From: a virus | Lineage: Duplodnaviria > Caudoviricetes | DNA: 52,555 bases | Strand: one strand, 5' to 3' | Virus record (IMG/VR): IMGVR_UViG_3300029998_000044 | Location: 1 to 52,555 of that record | In this document: positions 8,511-16,832 of the stretch, in pieces | Layout: every line of letters starts with the position of its first letter | How positions within the stretch are numbered: the first letter of the stretch is position 1 | Notes under the pieces: model-generated | Told to the model about the DNA's origin: nothing | The model's database searches: none | The model's input: the letters and a program-made list of their open reading frames with translations, nothing else | Program-made: the position numbers and the translations under genes

Positions 8511-9011
8511 ATGGAGAGGGAGATATGTTTCGCAAAAATGAGAGTGGATGCAATCATTCCTAGTAAGAATCTGGAAAATGCTGGGTATGATGTGTATGCC
8601 AACTTTCCAGAGGAATATATAGTTATAGAGCCACATGAAACCAAGATGATACCAACAGGAATTGCTAGTGTCCTTCCAGATAGCCTAGTGTTCGTTCTAA
8701 AGGAGCGAGGGTCTACTGGTACTAATGGTATGGGACAGAGGGCAGGAGTCATTGATAGTGGCTATAGAGGTGAATGGTTTGTACCTATCACCAATCACAA
8801 TGATGTTCCACTGGTAATCTATAAATGTATAGAATTGTTGGACTCAGACTTATTTCCAATAGATACCATATTCTATTCTTATAAGAAAGCAGTCTGCCAA
8901 GCAATATTGGTGGATGTTCCAGTTGTAAGAATCAAACAAATTCACAAAGACCAGCTTTCAAATTATGTGTCCGAGCGAGGTTCGGGGTCATGTGGTTCGT
9001 CTGGTAAATAA
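8511..9011 (+). CDS. dut: Trimeric dUTPase
   Basis: AGYD, IPTG, ERGS, GVIDSGYRGE, RGSGSCGSSG. Confidence 0.93.
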   Translation: MEREICFAKMRVDAIIPSKNLENAGYDVYANFPEEYIVIEPHETKMIPTGIASVLPDSLVFVLKERGSTGTNGMGQRAGVIDSGYRGEWFVPITNHNDVPLVIYKCIELLDSDLFPIDTIFYSYKKAVCQAILVDVPVVRIKQIHKDQLSNYVSERGSGSCGSSGK

Positions 9012-9037
9012 TCATAATATGAATAAATGGCGAGCAA
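9008..9037 (+). repeat. 30-bp cassette-boundary site
   Basis: ATAATCATAAT-ATGAATAA-ATGGCGAGCAA; contains the dut stop codon. Confidence 0.7.
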
Positions 9038-9055
9038 CTATATGGAGGTTCAAAA

Positions 9056-9205
9056 ATGGGAGATAATAACTATATTGTTTGTAACAATGATTTGTGCAAA
9101 TATTGGCGAACAGAGGGTAAATGCACATATTGGAAAACAGGAAACTGTGTAGAAATTGAAGTTGAAAATGGTGTATCAATATGCAAATCTTTTGAAGCGG
9201 ATTAA
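9056..9205 (+). CDS. 49-aa Cys-rich protein (single-gene cassette; not in ORF track)
   Basis: RBS GGAGG; MGDNNYIVCNNDLCKYWRTEGKCTYWKTGNCVEIEVENGVSICKSFEAD. Confidence 0.7.
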   Translation: MGDNNYIVCNNDLCKYWRTEGKCTYWKTGNCVEIEVENGVSICKSFEAD

Positions 9206-9231
9206 TCGCAATACAAAAATAGTGTGATTGA
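9202..9231 (+). repeat. 30-bp cassette-boundary site
   Basis: TTAATCGCAAT-ACAAAAAT-AGTGTGATTGA. Confidence 0.8.
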
Positions 9232-9255
9232 GAGGGGAGGAATCCTCTCTTTTTT
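9231..9255 (+). terminator. Rho-independent terminator
   Basis: AGAGGGGA-GGAA-TCCTCTCT-TTTTT. Confidence 0.8.
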
Positions 9256-9269
9256 ATTTTTAAAAAGGG

Positions 9270-9298
9270 TTGACATGGTGTAATATTCATGGTAGAAT
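9270..9298 (+). promoter_or_regulatory. SigmaA promoter
   Basis: TTGACA-17bp-TAGAAT. Confidence 0.75.
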
Positions 9299-9437
9299 AA
9301 GGTATAGTCAAATTAAAGAAGGAGTGAGATACATGAGTGGTCAAGAAATGGTAGTGGTTTGCATAATTAAATTATGGTGGATAATAATTCCATGTATCAT
9401 AGGTGGAATATTAGTCTACAAAACTGAAAAATAGTTG

Positions 9438-9466
9438 TTGACAAGTACACTTCAAAGTGGTATACT
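9438..9466 (+). promoter_or_regulatory. SigmaA promoter
   Basis: TTGACA-17bp-TATACT. Confidence 0.8.
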
Positions 9467-9506
9467 AAGTATAGAAAGTTAAATAAATCAAACGGAGGTA
9501 GTTAAA

Positions 9507-10139
9507 ATGAAAGCATCAATTAGACCAATGATAGAAAACCTAGAGTTATTATTTGTAGTACTTAATGAAGAATACTTTAATGGTGAATTGGAAAAACCAG
9601 TTATAACAATCGCACCAGACACTACTAAAGGTGCTTATGGATGGCTGACTAATTGGAGGGCATGGCAAGAAGAAGGTACAGAAGGTTACTATGAAATCAA
9701 CTTGTGTGCAGAACATACTGCAAGAGGTTACAAAGCATTAGCTGAAACATTATTACACGAACTAGTTCATCTGTACAATCTCCAGAAGGGTATAAAGGAC
9801 TGTTCAAGAGGTGGCACTTACCATAACAGGAAATTCAAAATCATGGCTGAAACAAAGGGACTCATGGTAGAGCAGAGCCAGAAAAACGGATGGGCATACA
9901 CACAGTTGAACCCAGAAACCAACAGATTCCTTGACACTGTAACAGGAATAGATTTTGTACTATTCAGAAGCAAAGTTGAAAGTTCATCTTCAACAAAGAA
10001 GTCAAGTAGTAGAAAATACGTATGTACACAATGTGGTCAGTCAATCAGAGCCACTAAAGAAATCAAAATACTTTGTGGTGAGTGTTCAACAGAAGATGAT
10101 TTATGGATGATGATATGCGAAGAAAGTGATGAAGATTAA
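9507..10139 (+). CDS. SprT-like zinc metalloprotease
   Basis: TLLHELVH (HExxH), YHNRKFK, C-terminal Zn ribbon KYVCTQCG..IRATK....CGEC. Confidence 0.88.
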   Translation: MKASIRPMIENLELLFVVLNEEYFNGELEKPVITIAPDTTKGAYGWLTNWRAWQEEGTEGYYEINLCAEHTARGYKALAETLLHELVHLYNLQKGIKDCSRGGTYHNRKFKIMAETKGLMVEQSQKNGWAYTQLNPETNRFLDTVTGIDFVLFRSKVESSSSTKKSSSRKYVCTQCGQSIRATKEIKILCGECSTEDDLWMMICEESDED

Positions 10140-10165
10140 TCACAACATGAAAAAATTGTGACCGA
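10136..10165 (+). repeat. 30-bp cassette-boundary site
   Basis: TTAATCACAAC-ATGAAAAA-ATTGTGACCGA. Confidence 0.8.
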
Positions 10166-10177
10166 TTGAGGGGGGGT

Positions 10178-10345
10178 ATGATTATGAAAAATAGATATGA
10201 TGGAGTATGTGTATTTTGCTCTTGCAAAGTGCCTAAAAAAGATGGTATATGCTTTGAAAATAAAGAAAAAGGTTGGGTAATATCATGTTTTAAATGTGCT
10301 AATGTAGGTGTTAATTTAAACAAAAGATTAGATAAATTACGTTAA
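10178..10345 (+). CDS. 55-aa Cys-rich protein (not in ORF track)
   Basis: MIMKNRYDGVCVFCSCKV...SCFKC...; G-rich RBS; stop codon lies in the next site arm. Confidence 0.65.
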   Translation: MIMKNRYDGVCVFCSCKVPKKDGICFENKEKGWVISCFKCANVGVNLNKRLDKLR

Positions 10346-10364
10346 TCGCAATTCGAGCGAGCAA
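10342..10364 (+). repeat. Collapsed 30-bp site (left arm plus right-arm remnant)
   Basis: TTAATCGCAAT-TC-GAGCGAGCAA; compare right arm ATGGCGAGCAA at 9027. Confidence 0.6.
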
Positions 10365-10376
10365 GGAGATAAGTTT

Positions 10377-10508
10377 ATGGAAACTGTAAAAATTGATTGT
10401 AGATGTAAAGATTGTGAACACAGTGAAATTAAAGGTGATGGAGTAGGTAATGACAATATCATAGAATGTGACAGCTACGCATCGAAAAATGAGGAATGGG
10501 GAAAATAA
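10377..10508 (+). CDS. 43-aa Cys-rich protein (not in ORF track)
   Basis: RBS AAGGAG; METVKIDCRCKDCEHSEIKG... Confidence 0.6.
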   Translation: METVKIDCRCKDCEHSEIKGDGVGNDNIIECDSYASKNEEWGK

Positions 10509-10510
10509 AG

Positions 10511-10540
10511 TTACGAACAATTCAAATAAATTATTCGTAA
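10511..10540 (+). repeat. 30-bp cassette-boundary site (most symmetric copy)
   Basis: TTACGAACAAT-TCAAATAA-ATTATTCGTAA (10/11 inverted-repeat match). Confidence 0.85.
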
Positions 10541-10556
10541 TTTGAAAGGAGAAATC

Positions 10557-10853
10557 ATGGAAAAGAAAAATTGTTGGAACTGTAAACACTATGTGTTTTC
10601 AATGATTGTTTTACCTTGTTGTTATTGTAAGGATTGTAATAAATGGGAAAGAAGAAATTATGATGATTCAAAATGTCCATGTTGCCCTAAGTGTGGTTCA
10701 GAGGATTATGTTGAAGTAGAGGAAGGTATCAAATGCCCATTCTGTGGTCAGATAGATGATAGGGGTGATAAAGAATGTTCAATGTGTAGAAGGTCATTGG
10801 ATGATGGTATAGAAGTGGTGTACGGTGATGGCGAAGTATGGGAGGTAGAATAA
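10557..10853 (+). CDS. Multi-CxxC Zn-finger hypothetical protein
   Basis: RBS GAAAGGAG; several CxxC pairs. Confidence 0.65.
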   Translation: MEKKNCWNCKHYVFSMIVLPCCYCKDCNKWERRNYDDSKCPCCPKCGSEDYVEVEEGIKCPFCGQIDDRGDKECSMCRRSLDDGIEVVYGDGEVWEVE

Positions 10854-11003
10854 TGAGTATTCTTACAATTGATTATGGTTTAATTCCAATAGTATTAGTA
10901 GAGAATAGAAGGGGAATTAGATGTATAGATGGTGTTGAAACCTCAGAAGGGGAGTATTATGATATAATTCAAGTAGCCGATGAATTTTATGCAATGAAGG
11001 AGT

Positions 11004-11219
11004 GTGTGTAATATGGGTAGAAGACCAAAGGAAGACCTAAGTTTTTTTGAAAATGCAAAAGGTGAGATAGAGTATCTAAAGTGTTGTAATGAGTGTCCAG
11101 AGGCTTGTAAACAGTCACACAAGGTAGTCAGTATTTGTTGCAGGACATATAATGAAATGAAAAAGAATTTAAGAAAAAAGAAAAAAGATGTTGACAAGAT
11201 ACTACCTCGCATGGTATAA
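11004..11219 (+). CDS. Cys-rich hypothetical protein
   Basis: RBS AAGGAG; CNECPEACKQSH. Confidence 0.55.
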   Translation: MCNMGRRPKEDLSFFENAKGEIEYLKCCNECPEACKQSHKVVSICCRTYNEMKKNLRKKKKDVDKILPRMV

Positions 11220-11220
11220 T
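11191..11220 (+). promoter_or_regulatory. SigmaA promoter
   Basis: TTGACA-18bp-TATAAT. Confidence 0.7.
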
Positions 11221-11247
11221 AAGTTCATAAGGTTAAGGAGGTAGCAC

Positions 11248-11427
11248 ATGAGCAAGAAAGATATACACATAGGCACAATAAACGGAATAGACTTACTACT
11301 GCACAGGAGAGGTAAGGTTGATAGGACAGATGATAATGTCAAGAGAGGGGTGGGAGTACATATTCCCAACAAGTACAAGACCAAGACAAAGCAACGAGAA
11401 CAGAACGAACTAAGGAGGATGTATTAA
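11248..11427 (+). CDS. 59-aa basic protein (not in ORF track)
   Basis: RBS AAGGAGG; MSKKDIHIGTINGIDLL...; TAATG overlap with next gene. Confidence 0.6.
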   Translation: MSKKDIHIGTINGIDLLLHRRGKVDRTDDNVKRGVGVHIPNKYKTKTKQREQNELRRMY

Positions 11428-12662
11428 TGAAAAAGTTTAGAAAAGGTGACAAAGTAAGGTTTATAAATAACGCATCATTCGTACCAAAAGGATACACCGG
11501 AACAGCAATGGGTGATGATAGAAAAGATTGTGAGGTATTAGTTGAGGTAGATAACTGGCATGATGGTCATGGTGGACATGAATTTGGAATTGGTGGAGAT
11601 AGTTGTTGGTACTGCTGGACTGATTCATTGGAACTGGATAGAAAATTCAAGGCTGGAGATATCGTAAAGATAATAAATAATGGTGCTTCTTATACTACCT
11701 ACAGAGATTGGTATGAAGAATACTTAGCAGATTGTGGTTTTTATGAAGACAATGCATCACCAGAAGATGGCGAGTATGAGGTCATGGTAGTAGCAAGTCA
11801 TGGTAGTTGGAGTGGAACTCTTTATGGAATAAGAGAAGCCAAAGGAGATTTTTCATCACAAGTTTATATCATAGGTGAGAATGGTTTGGAGTTAGTTTCA
11901 GAAATAGTGAAGGAGGAAGTTGAATTGAAATCAGACGAGAATCCAGTATATAAAATGGGAGAATTTGTAAGATGTATCTCCAGAACAAAGGACAATGTCG
12001 AGGGTCTTATCCTTGGCGAAGTTTATGAAATGGTCGGAGCAAGTATGTATGACGGTAATTTGATACTCTCAGTAAAAGGAAAAGATGGTAAGTTGTTCCA
12101 TTCCATAGATAGATTTGAAAGTGTAGATTCAGAAAAGGTTACAGAAGATGATTTCTATATCATGAAGTGTGATATTGCTCCATTGGGTAAGGTTGGATAT
12201 AAAGAAATGGGAATCTGTGAAATTGCTCCAGATATGGTCAACGAGCCACCACACTACAAGACTGGTGGAATAGAGTGTATCGACTACCTTGAAGCCAAGA
12301 TGGGTATAGAAGCCTTTGAGGGATTCTGTATAGGTAATACACTCAAGTACCTCTCAAGGCTTGGACAGAAGGGTGACAGGCTTGAAGATATGCTCAAGGC
12401 ACAGTTCTATCTGAATAAGGCAATTAGTCTTCATACTGCCCCTACAGAGCCTACAGAGGTGGATGGTGCTTGTAATAGACCAATAACCTCCAAGCAGATA
12501 GGTTATATAGCAGGACTTACCAAGAAATTAGAAATAGATAGGTATGACCTACCAGAATATATCTCACCATTATACAACTACAAAGAACTATCAGAAGCAG
12601 AAGCAAGCATAGTCATAGACAAGCTTATAGCAATTAAAGATTACAAGGAGATTGGGTTATAA
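11427..12662 (+). CDS. Mosaic protein: repeated KF.GD.V modules plus DUF3310-like domain
   Basis: KFRKGDKVR, KFKAGDIVK and YKMGEFVR repeats; DMVNEPPHYKTGGIECID...GFCIGN.LKYL.R...KG...ED..KA.FYL. Confidence 0.75.
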   Translation: MKKFRKGDKVRFINNASFVPKGYTGTAMGDDRKDCEVLVEVDNWHDGHGGHEFGIGGDSCWYCWTDSLELDRKFKAGDIVKIINNGASYTTYRDWYEEYLADCGFYEDNASPEDGEYEVMVVASHGSWSGTLYGIREAKGDFSSQVYIIGENGLELVSEIVKEEVELKSDENPVYKMGEFVRCISRTKDNVEGLILGEVYEMVGASMYDGNLILSVKGKDGKLFHSIDRFESVDSEKVTEDDFYIMKCDIAPLGKVGYKEMGICEIAPDMVNEPPHYKTGGIECIDYLEAKMGIEAFEGFCIGNTLKYLSRLGQKGDRLEDMLKAQFYLNKAISLHTAPTEPTEVDGACNRPITSKQIGYIAGLTKKLEIDRYDLPEYISPLYNYKELSEAEASIVIDKLIAIKDYKEIGL

Positions 12663-12770
12663 TGTTCTGGGCAATAGTATTCAATCTAATAATGATAGGC
12701 ATAACGGGTGGATGGTGGATATTAATAATGCTCATAGCATTGTTTGTAAAATTAATGAGGGGGTAATAAA

Positions 12771-12986
12771 ATGGAAGAATTTGTAAAGTCACTAGTTGAA
12801 CAGGCAATATTACTAGAGGAAACCCTGATACAAACCATAAAAGTTATGGAAGTATTTGAGGAAATGGTTGAGGGTGCTAGAAATAATCCAGACATGGATA
12901 TAGACCGACTCTCTGATGAAATTGACATATATCCAATATTCGACAGGATAGCTAAACTTGTAGATAATTTAAGTAGTAGATTATAA
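12771..12986 (+). CDS. Hypothetical protein
   Basis: RBS GAGGGG; ORF track. Confidence 0.6.
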   Translation: MEEFVKSLVEQAILLEETLIQTIKVMEVFEEMVEGARNNPDMDIDRLSDEIDIYPIFDRIAKLVDNLSSRL

Positions 12987-12993
12987 AAAACAG

Positions 12994-13022
12994 TTGACAA
13001 AGTTCCTTGCTTATAGTATACT
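12994..13022 (+). promoter_or_regulatory. SigmaA promoter
   Basis: TTGACA-17bp-TATACT. Confidence 0.75.
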
Positions 13023-13135
13023 TATATTAGTGGCAAGGGATTGCTACATAACAGAAAAGGATGGTGTTGGGGACGGTAGAAATGTGGATTGATTTAATGG
13101 ACGAGAATAAGGTGTATATTAAGGAGGAATTTATA

Positions 13136-13327
13136 ATGGAAATTAATGTAGCAGGAGATTGGAGAGAAGTAATAGACATTCACAGCACAGCAATATCATA
13201 TCGAAAGGTAGTCAAGGGTAGTCCAGATGTATTTATAATCGGCTCATGCTCACCAGATAAAGCCAAACTTAGATTCCAAGACCAGTTTGATGGTTGGGTA
13301 TACTTCAAACTTGAAAGAGGGTTATAA
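13136..13327 (+). CDS. Hypothetical protein
   Basis: RBS AAGGAGG before MEINVAGDW. Confidence 0.6.
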   Translation: MEINVAGDWREVIDIHSTAISYRKVVKGSPDVFIIGSCSPDKAKLRFQDQFDGWVYFKLERGL

Positions 13328-13328
13328 C

Positions 13329-13502
13329 ATGGAAGGGAGAACACTTACAATCATAATGTTCATTATCCTATTGATATTAAATATAATAACAACAATTATG
13401 TTTGTACTTTCCAATGCTGGTATAGTAAACATAATAATAGAAGTGGTATCAATTGTAACTTGCATCGCATTATTAATTTCAACAATAAGAGGAGGAAAAT
13501 AA
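13329..13502 (+). CDS. Small two-TM membrane protein
   Basis: RBS GAGG; two hydrophobic segments. Confidence 0.6.
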   Translation: MEGRTLTIIMFIILLILNIITTIMFVLSNAGIVNIIIEVVSIVTCIALLISTIRGGK

Positions 13503-13702
13503 TGGAAAAGAATAGTTGTATGGAGTGTGGAGATACAGTCAGAAAATCATGTGGGTGTGGTAAGTCAGTCATGGGTGTACCACTTTGCAATCAATGTTTC
13601 TTCGGTAGCATCAAAGTGAATGACTATCCTTGCAACGATTGTTCTGGAACATTAGCCACAAGTAAATGTCACTTTGCTCCAAAGAATTTGGGAGGTTATT
13701 AG
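13502..13702 (+). CDS. Cys-rich hypothetical protein
   Basis: RBS GAGGAGG; MEKNSCMECG... Confidence 0.6.
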   Translation: MEKNSCMECGDTVRKSCGCGKSVMGVPLCNQCFFGSIKVNDYPCNDCSGTLATSKCHFAPKNLGGY

Positions 13703-14023
13703 ATGATTTGGGTTAAATCACAGGAAGGTAATGCAATACACGAATGTTCTGGTGTATTTGTCAATGAATGTTCGCTTAGGGTATTCAGTGGGGAACAGTG
13801 GAACACAGTTGGTAGATATGATACTCCAGAGATAGCACAGGATGTTATGAGGATTGTCTGGAGGGCAATACAGAGTGGTGGTAATGCAGTAAACTTACCT
13901 ATCAATTCGGATGGCTCATACACTGACAAAATAGATGTAACTTCCTTTGAAGGTGGTAAAAGAGAGATAGATGGTTTGAAACATAGTCCCGATGAATATA
14001 TTATAAATTTTGCGAGGGTGTGA
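13703..14023 (+). CDS. Hypothetical protein
   Basis: RBS GGAGG; MIWVKSQ start and GRY.T.E.A motif. Confidence 0.6.
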   Translation: MIWVKSQEGNAIHECSGVFVNECSLRVFSGEQWNTVGRYDTPEIAQDVMRIVWRAIQSGGNAVNLPINSDGSYTDKIDVTSFEGGKREIDGLKHSPDEYIINFARV

Positions 14024-14027
14024 GATA

Positions 14028-14357
14028 GTGGATACTAATAGATTAAAGGTCATGCTAAATGAGGTATCTGACATAAAAGGTAAACGAAAAGCTATGAATT
14101 ATTGGTTTAGGTGTGAATGTGAAAAGTTAAAACCAACTACTGTAAATTGGTGGTTGGGAACTTCACCTAAAATACTTGACAGAGTTATTATAGATGTGTA
14201 TAATGAATATGTAGAGTATTGTCATGTAAAACACAAAAGACCATTCAAAAGGACAAAGTTTGGAATTGAAATGACATCGTTTGGATATGTGTCAAAGGTA
14301 AAAACTATAAAAGGTGCAAATTACCGAGTGTATGATAAAGTTACAGATTACAATTAA
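14028..14357 (+). CDS. Stand-alone winged-helix domain resembling the C-terminus of D5/P4-type helicases
   Basis: DVYNEYVEYC...F...VSKVKTIKG...RVY aligns with the primase C-terminus DVYLAYQVWC...F...VSKPKTIQG...RVY. Confidence 0.7.
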   Translation: MDTNRLKVMLNEVSDIKGKRKAMNYWFRCECEKLKPTTVNWWLGTSPKILDRVIIDVYNEYVEYCHVKHKRPFKRTKFGIEMTSFGYVSKVKTIKGANYRVYDKVTDYN

Positions 14358-14660
14358 ATTACAGACCAGTTACAAGTTGAATTGAAATCAGTACAATGAT
14401 TGGTATCACTGGGTTACAACTACTATTATAATTTTAATATATTAAAAAGGTTGTAACCTTCTGTAATTATTGATATGACTGGATGGAGCATATATATTAC
14501 TATATAATACAACTATTTCTTCTAATAAAAAGTAATATAAAGTAATATATAAATGATATATATAGAGAATAGGAAAGTTGCGTAATCTGTAATTTGAAAT
14601 TTAAAGAATTAAGCTATTACTTGCTTGCGAGGATTTCAAAAATTACAAAATTACAGAACG
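14338..14660. other. Putative replication origin 1 (TTACA/TGTAA iterons around an AT-rich core)
   Basis: Many TTACA(G) and (C)TGTAA repeats; blocks shared with 41410-41665. Confidence 0.6.
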
Positions 14661-14724
14661 ATTTTCGACTATTCTAATTTTCGACCAAAACGGTTATAGT
14701 ATTACTGAAAAGGAGTTGATATAA

Positions 14725-15246
14725 TTGGCAAATAAAGGAATTCATACTTCGCCAGAAACTGCTGGTATACAAAATATGCCACCAAATTATCCAGATACAC
14801 ATAAAGATGATTTAGGAACAATGAAAGGCTTAATGCCTATATGGAACAGAGGATTTCAAAACAGAGAGAATTATAAAGGCCTTTGGACTCCAGAAACTTT
14901 GAAAATGGAAATTAATGCCTTTTTTGAATATTGTTTCGATAATGAAGTCAAACCAGCTAAAGTGGGGCTATCACTATGGTTAGGGGTTACGAAACAAACT
15001 TTATGGGTTTGGGAAAAAGAATCTACGGATTTCAAATCTGACCTTATAAGATGGGCAACATCATTAATTGAAATGTCTTATGTGGGCAGAGCCGAGAAAT
15101 ACCCAACTGCAAACATATTCTTGCTAAAATCATCTCATGGTCATGTTGAAACTTCCAGATTGGATGTAGTTGCGACAAATGAGCAGATGCAGACTGATGA
15201 AGTACAAGACAGAATTGCACAACTTGGACTAGATAAGCCTAAATAA
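14725..15246 (+). CDS. terS: Terminase small subunit (gp3-like)
   Basis: TPE.LK.EI..FF..C, GL.LWLGV.KQTL..W, IFLLKS.HG..E. Confidence 0.75.
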   Translation: MANKGIHTSPETAGIQNMPPNYPDTHKDDLGTMKGLMPIWNRGFQNRENYKGLWTPETLKMEINAFFEYCFDNEVKPAKVGLSLWLGVTKQTLWVWEKESTDFKSDLIRWATSLIEMSYVGRAEKYPTANIFLLKSSHGHVETSRLDVVATNEQMQTDEVQDRIAQLGLDKPK

Positions 15247-15254
15247 TGTAAATT

Positions 15255-15277
15255 GCACTCAGAAATGGGTGCTTTTT
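15255..15277 (+). terminator. Rho-independent terminator
   Basis: GCACTC-AGAAAT-GGGTGC-TTTTT. Confidence 0.75.
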
Positions 15278-15570
15278 CTATGCCCAGAAATAATAGGGGT
15301 AGAGTGGTCAAAATAGGCATTTTTACGATGGGGCTATAGGCTGATTCCCAGACTTGATATTTTGATTTGCTCAACGGAGAGCATAGGGAAATGTGTTCAA
15401 CGTATACTTTGTTCACTAAGGGGGTAAAGTCGCTTAGAATGGCTCTAAATCGCATAAATAATCATTCTCCGTTAGACCTACTTTCAAACTCTATAGGTTT
15501 ATGTGAAAGTTTACTTTCAAACTCTATGGGTTTTTACTTTCAAACCCTATATGTCTATGACTGGATGTGC

Positions 15571-15790
15571 GAATGTTTCGAAAATTGTGAATCTTCTGAA
15601 TATTGTGAATGTTTTGAATTTTCAGACAATTCAGATTAGTGTGGGTTGTGCGAAATGTTCAAACAATTCAAACAAATAGAACAAATGAAATAATTCAGAA
15701 TATTGTGAATGTTCGGAATGGTACGAACGTTCGTGTTTTTTCCAATAATTCGAATAGTTCATACAATTCAAACAATATATCGAATTGTGT
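15571..15790. repeat. Degenerate 9-bp tandem array
   Basis: GAATGTTTC GAAAATTGT GAATCTTCT GAATATTGT GAATGTTTT GAATTTTCA GACAATTCA ... Confidence 0.75.
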
Positions 15791-15824
15791 TGTTGGAGGT
15801 AGGTTTTGGATTGGATAACTACCC

Positions 15825-15866
15825 TGTGGATAACTCTGTGGATAAGTATCATAAATCTGTGGATAA
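15825..15866. promoter_or_regulatory. Three perfect DnaA boxes
   Basis: TGTGGATAA (reverse complement TTATCCACA) at 15825, 15837 and 15858. Confidence 0.8.
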
Positions 15867-15872
15867 AATATG

Positions 15873-15901
15873 TTGACATTATATACTATGGATGTTATAC
15901 T
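15873..15901 (+). promoter_or_regulatory. SigmaA promoter
   Basis: TTGACA-17bp-TATACT. Confidence 0.8.
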
Positions 15902-15958
15902 ATATTTAGAGGTTAGGAAAACGGTAACCTACTAAATGGTAAAAGGTGGTAATACATT

Positions 15959-16171
15959 ATGAAAAGATTTGAATTAGTACTGAAACAAGGTAACATGGAG
16001 GTTTTGGTATCATTTGACAAAATAGACAATGACACGTCCGAGCAGTTCATGTTTTTAAGAGTCGCTAATAAGTCAATAGCTTTACTGGATAAAAAAAGAC
16101 AGCAGTTGACTTATAAGTTCCAAACAGTAGATACCGTATTCTTCACACTAACAGAAAAGGAGGTGAAATAA
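15959..16171 (+). CDS. Hypothetical early protein
   Basis: RBS AAGGTGG downstream of promoter. Confidence 0.6.
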   Translation: MKRFELVLKQGNMEVLVSFDKIDNDTSEQFMFLRVANKSIALLDKKRQQLTYKFQTVDTVFFTLTEKEVK

Positions 16172-16365
16172 TATGGAAGAAGAAAAAATCTACTATATTA
16201 CATGGGTTGATATGTTTGGAGAAATACAAGAATTCGAATATGACGAGCAGGGCAAAGAAGACGTACTAAAATATGCTAAATTGATTATTGAAATAGAAGA
16301 AATAGAGTAACAAAAAATAATGGTTCGCTGGTTCATCCATAAAGTCAGTAAATAAAGGGGATAAG

Positions 16366-16587
16366 ATGAAAAATACAATTGTTGGATATGATAGTATCAG
16401 CAAAAAGAAAATTGAATTAGAATATGAGGATATCTATTCTGTTAACTGTTGGCACAATGTCTACGGTAATCCACAGTATGGTGTATACATGAAGAATGGA
16501 AAAAATTATATATTAGTCGATAACTACTCATTATGCAGAAGTTATGTGAACAACTTACATTATGTATCACGCAAAAAAGATTTATAA
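16366..16587 (+). CDS. Hypothetical early protein
   Basis: RBS AAGGGG. Confidence 0.6.
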   Translation: MKNTIVGYDSISKKKIELEYEDIYSVNCWHNVYGNPQYGVYMKNGKNYILVDNYSLCRSYVNNLHYVSRKKDL

Positions 16588-16594
16588 AAAAGTG

Positions 16595-16624
16595 TTGACA
16601 GGATGCAAAATTACATGGTATAAT
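16595..16624 (+). promoter_or_regulatory. SigmaA promoter
   Basis: TTGACA-18bp-TATAAT. Confidence 0.7.
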
Positions 16625-16676
16625 TAGTTATAGGGTTTTGGGGGATTTGAGCCCCCGACCCATAGGAGGTAATTAC

Positions 16677-16832
16677 ATGAATAATGAATATATTTTAAAA
16701 TGTGATAGAATTTGTGCCGAAAATTCAATAACTTTAAGTGGTTGTAAAGGTTGTCCGAACTACGCAAACAAAAAAATAAGTTGTAGTGAAATAATGAATT
16801 TAGCTAGAAAAATTAAAAGGGGTGTAAAATAA
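16677..16832 (+). CDS. Small Cys-rich protein
   Basis: RBS AGGAGG before MNNEY; CDRIC...CKGC. Confidence 0.55.
   Translation: MNNEYILKCDRICAENSITLSGCKGCPNYANKKISCSEIMNLARKIKRGVK

Noticed and set aside
2261-10540. 30-bp repeats as a CRISPR array
   Set aside because: Copies are degenerate and separated by whole genes of variable length; no cas genes
10511-10540. Sites as LexA (Cheo) boxes, CRP/Rex operators or chromosomal dif
   Set aside because: The Cheo box is GAAC-N4-GTTC, whereas here the equivalent halves are 14 bp apart; TCACA/TGTGA halves are in the opposite order to CRP/Rex sites; XerCD-type dif has a 6-bp spacer and different arms
15141-15879. ORFs 15141-15455, 15367-15639 and 15631-15879
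   Set aside because: They arise from 9-bp repeats or antisense overlap, lack RBSs and give low-complexity translations
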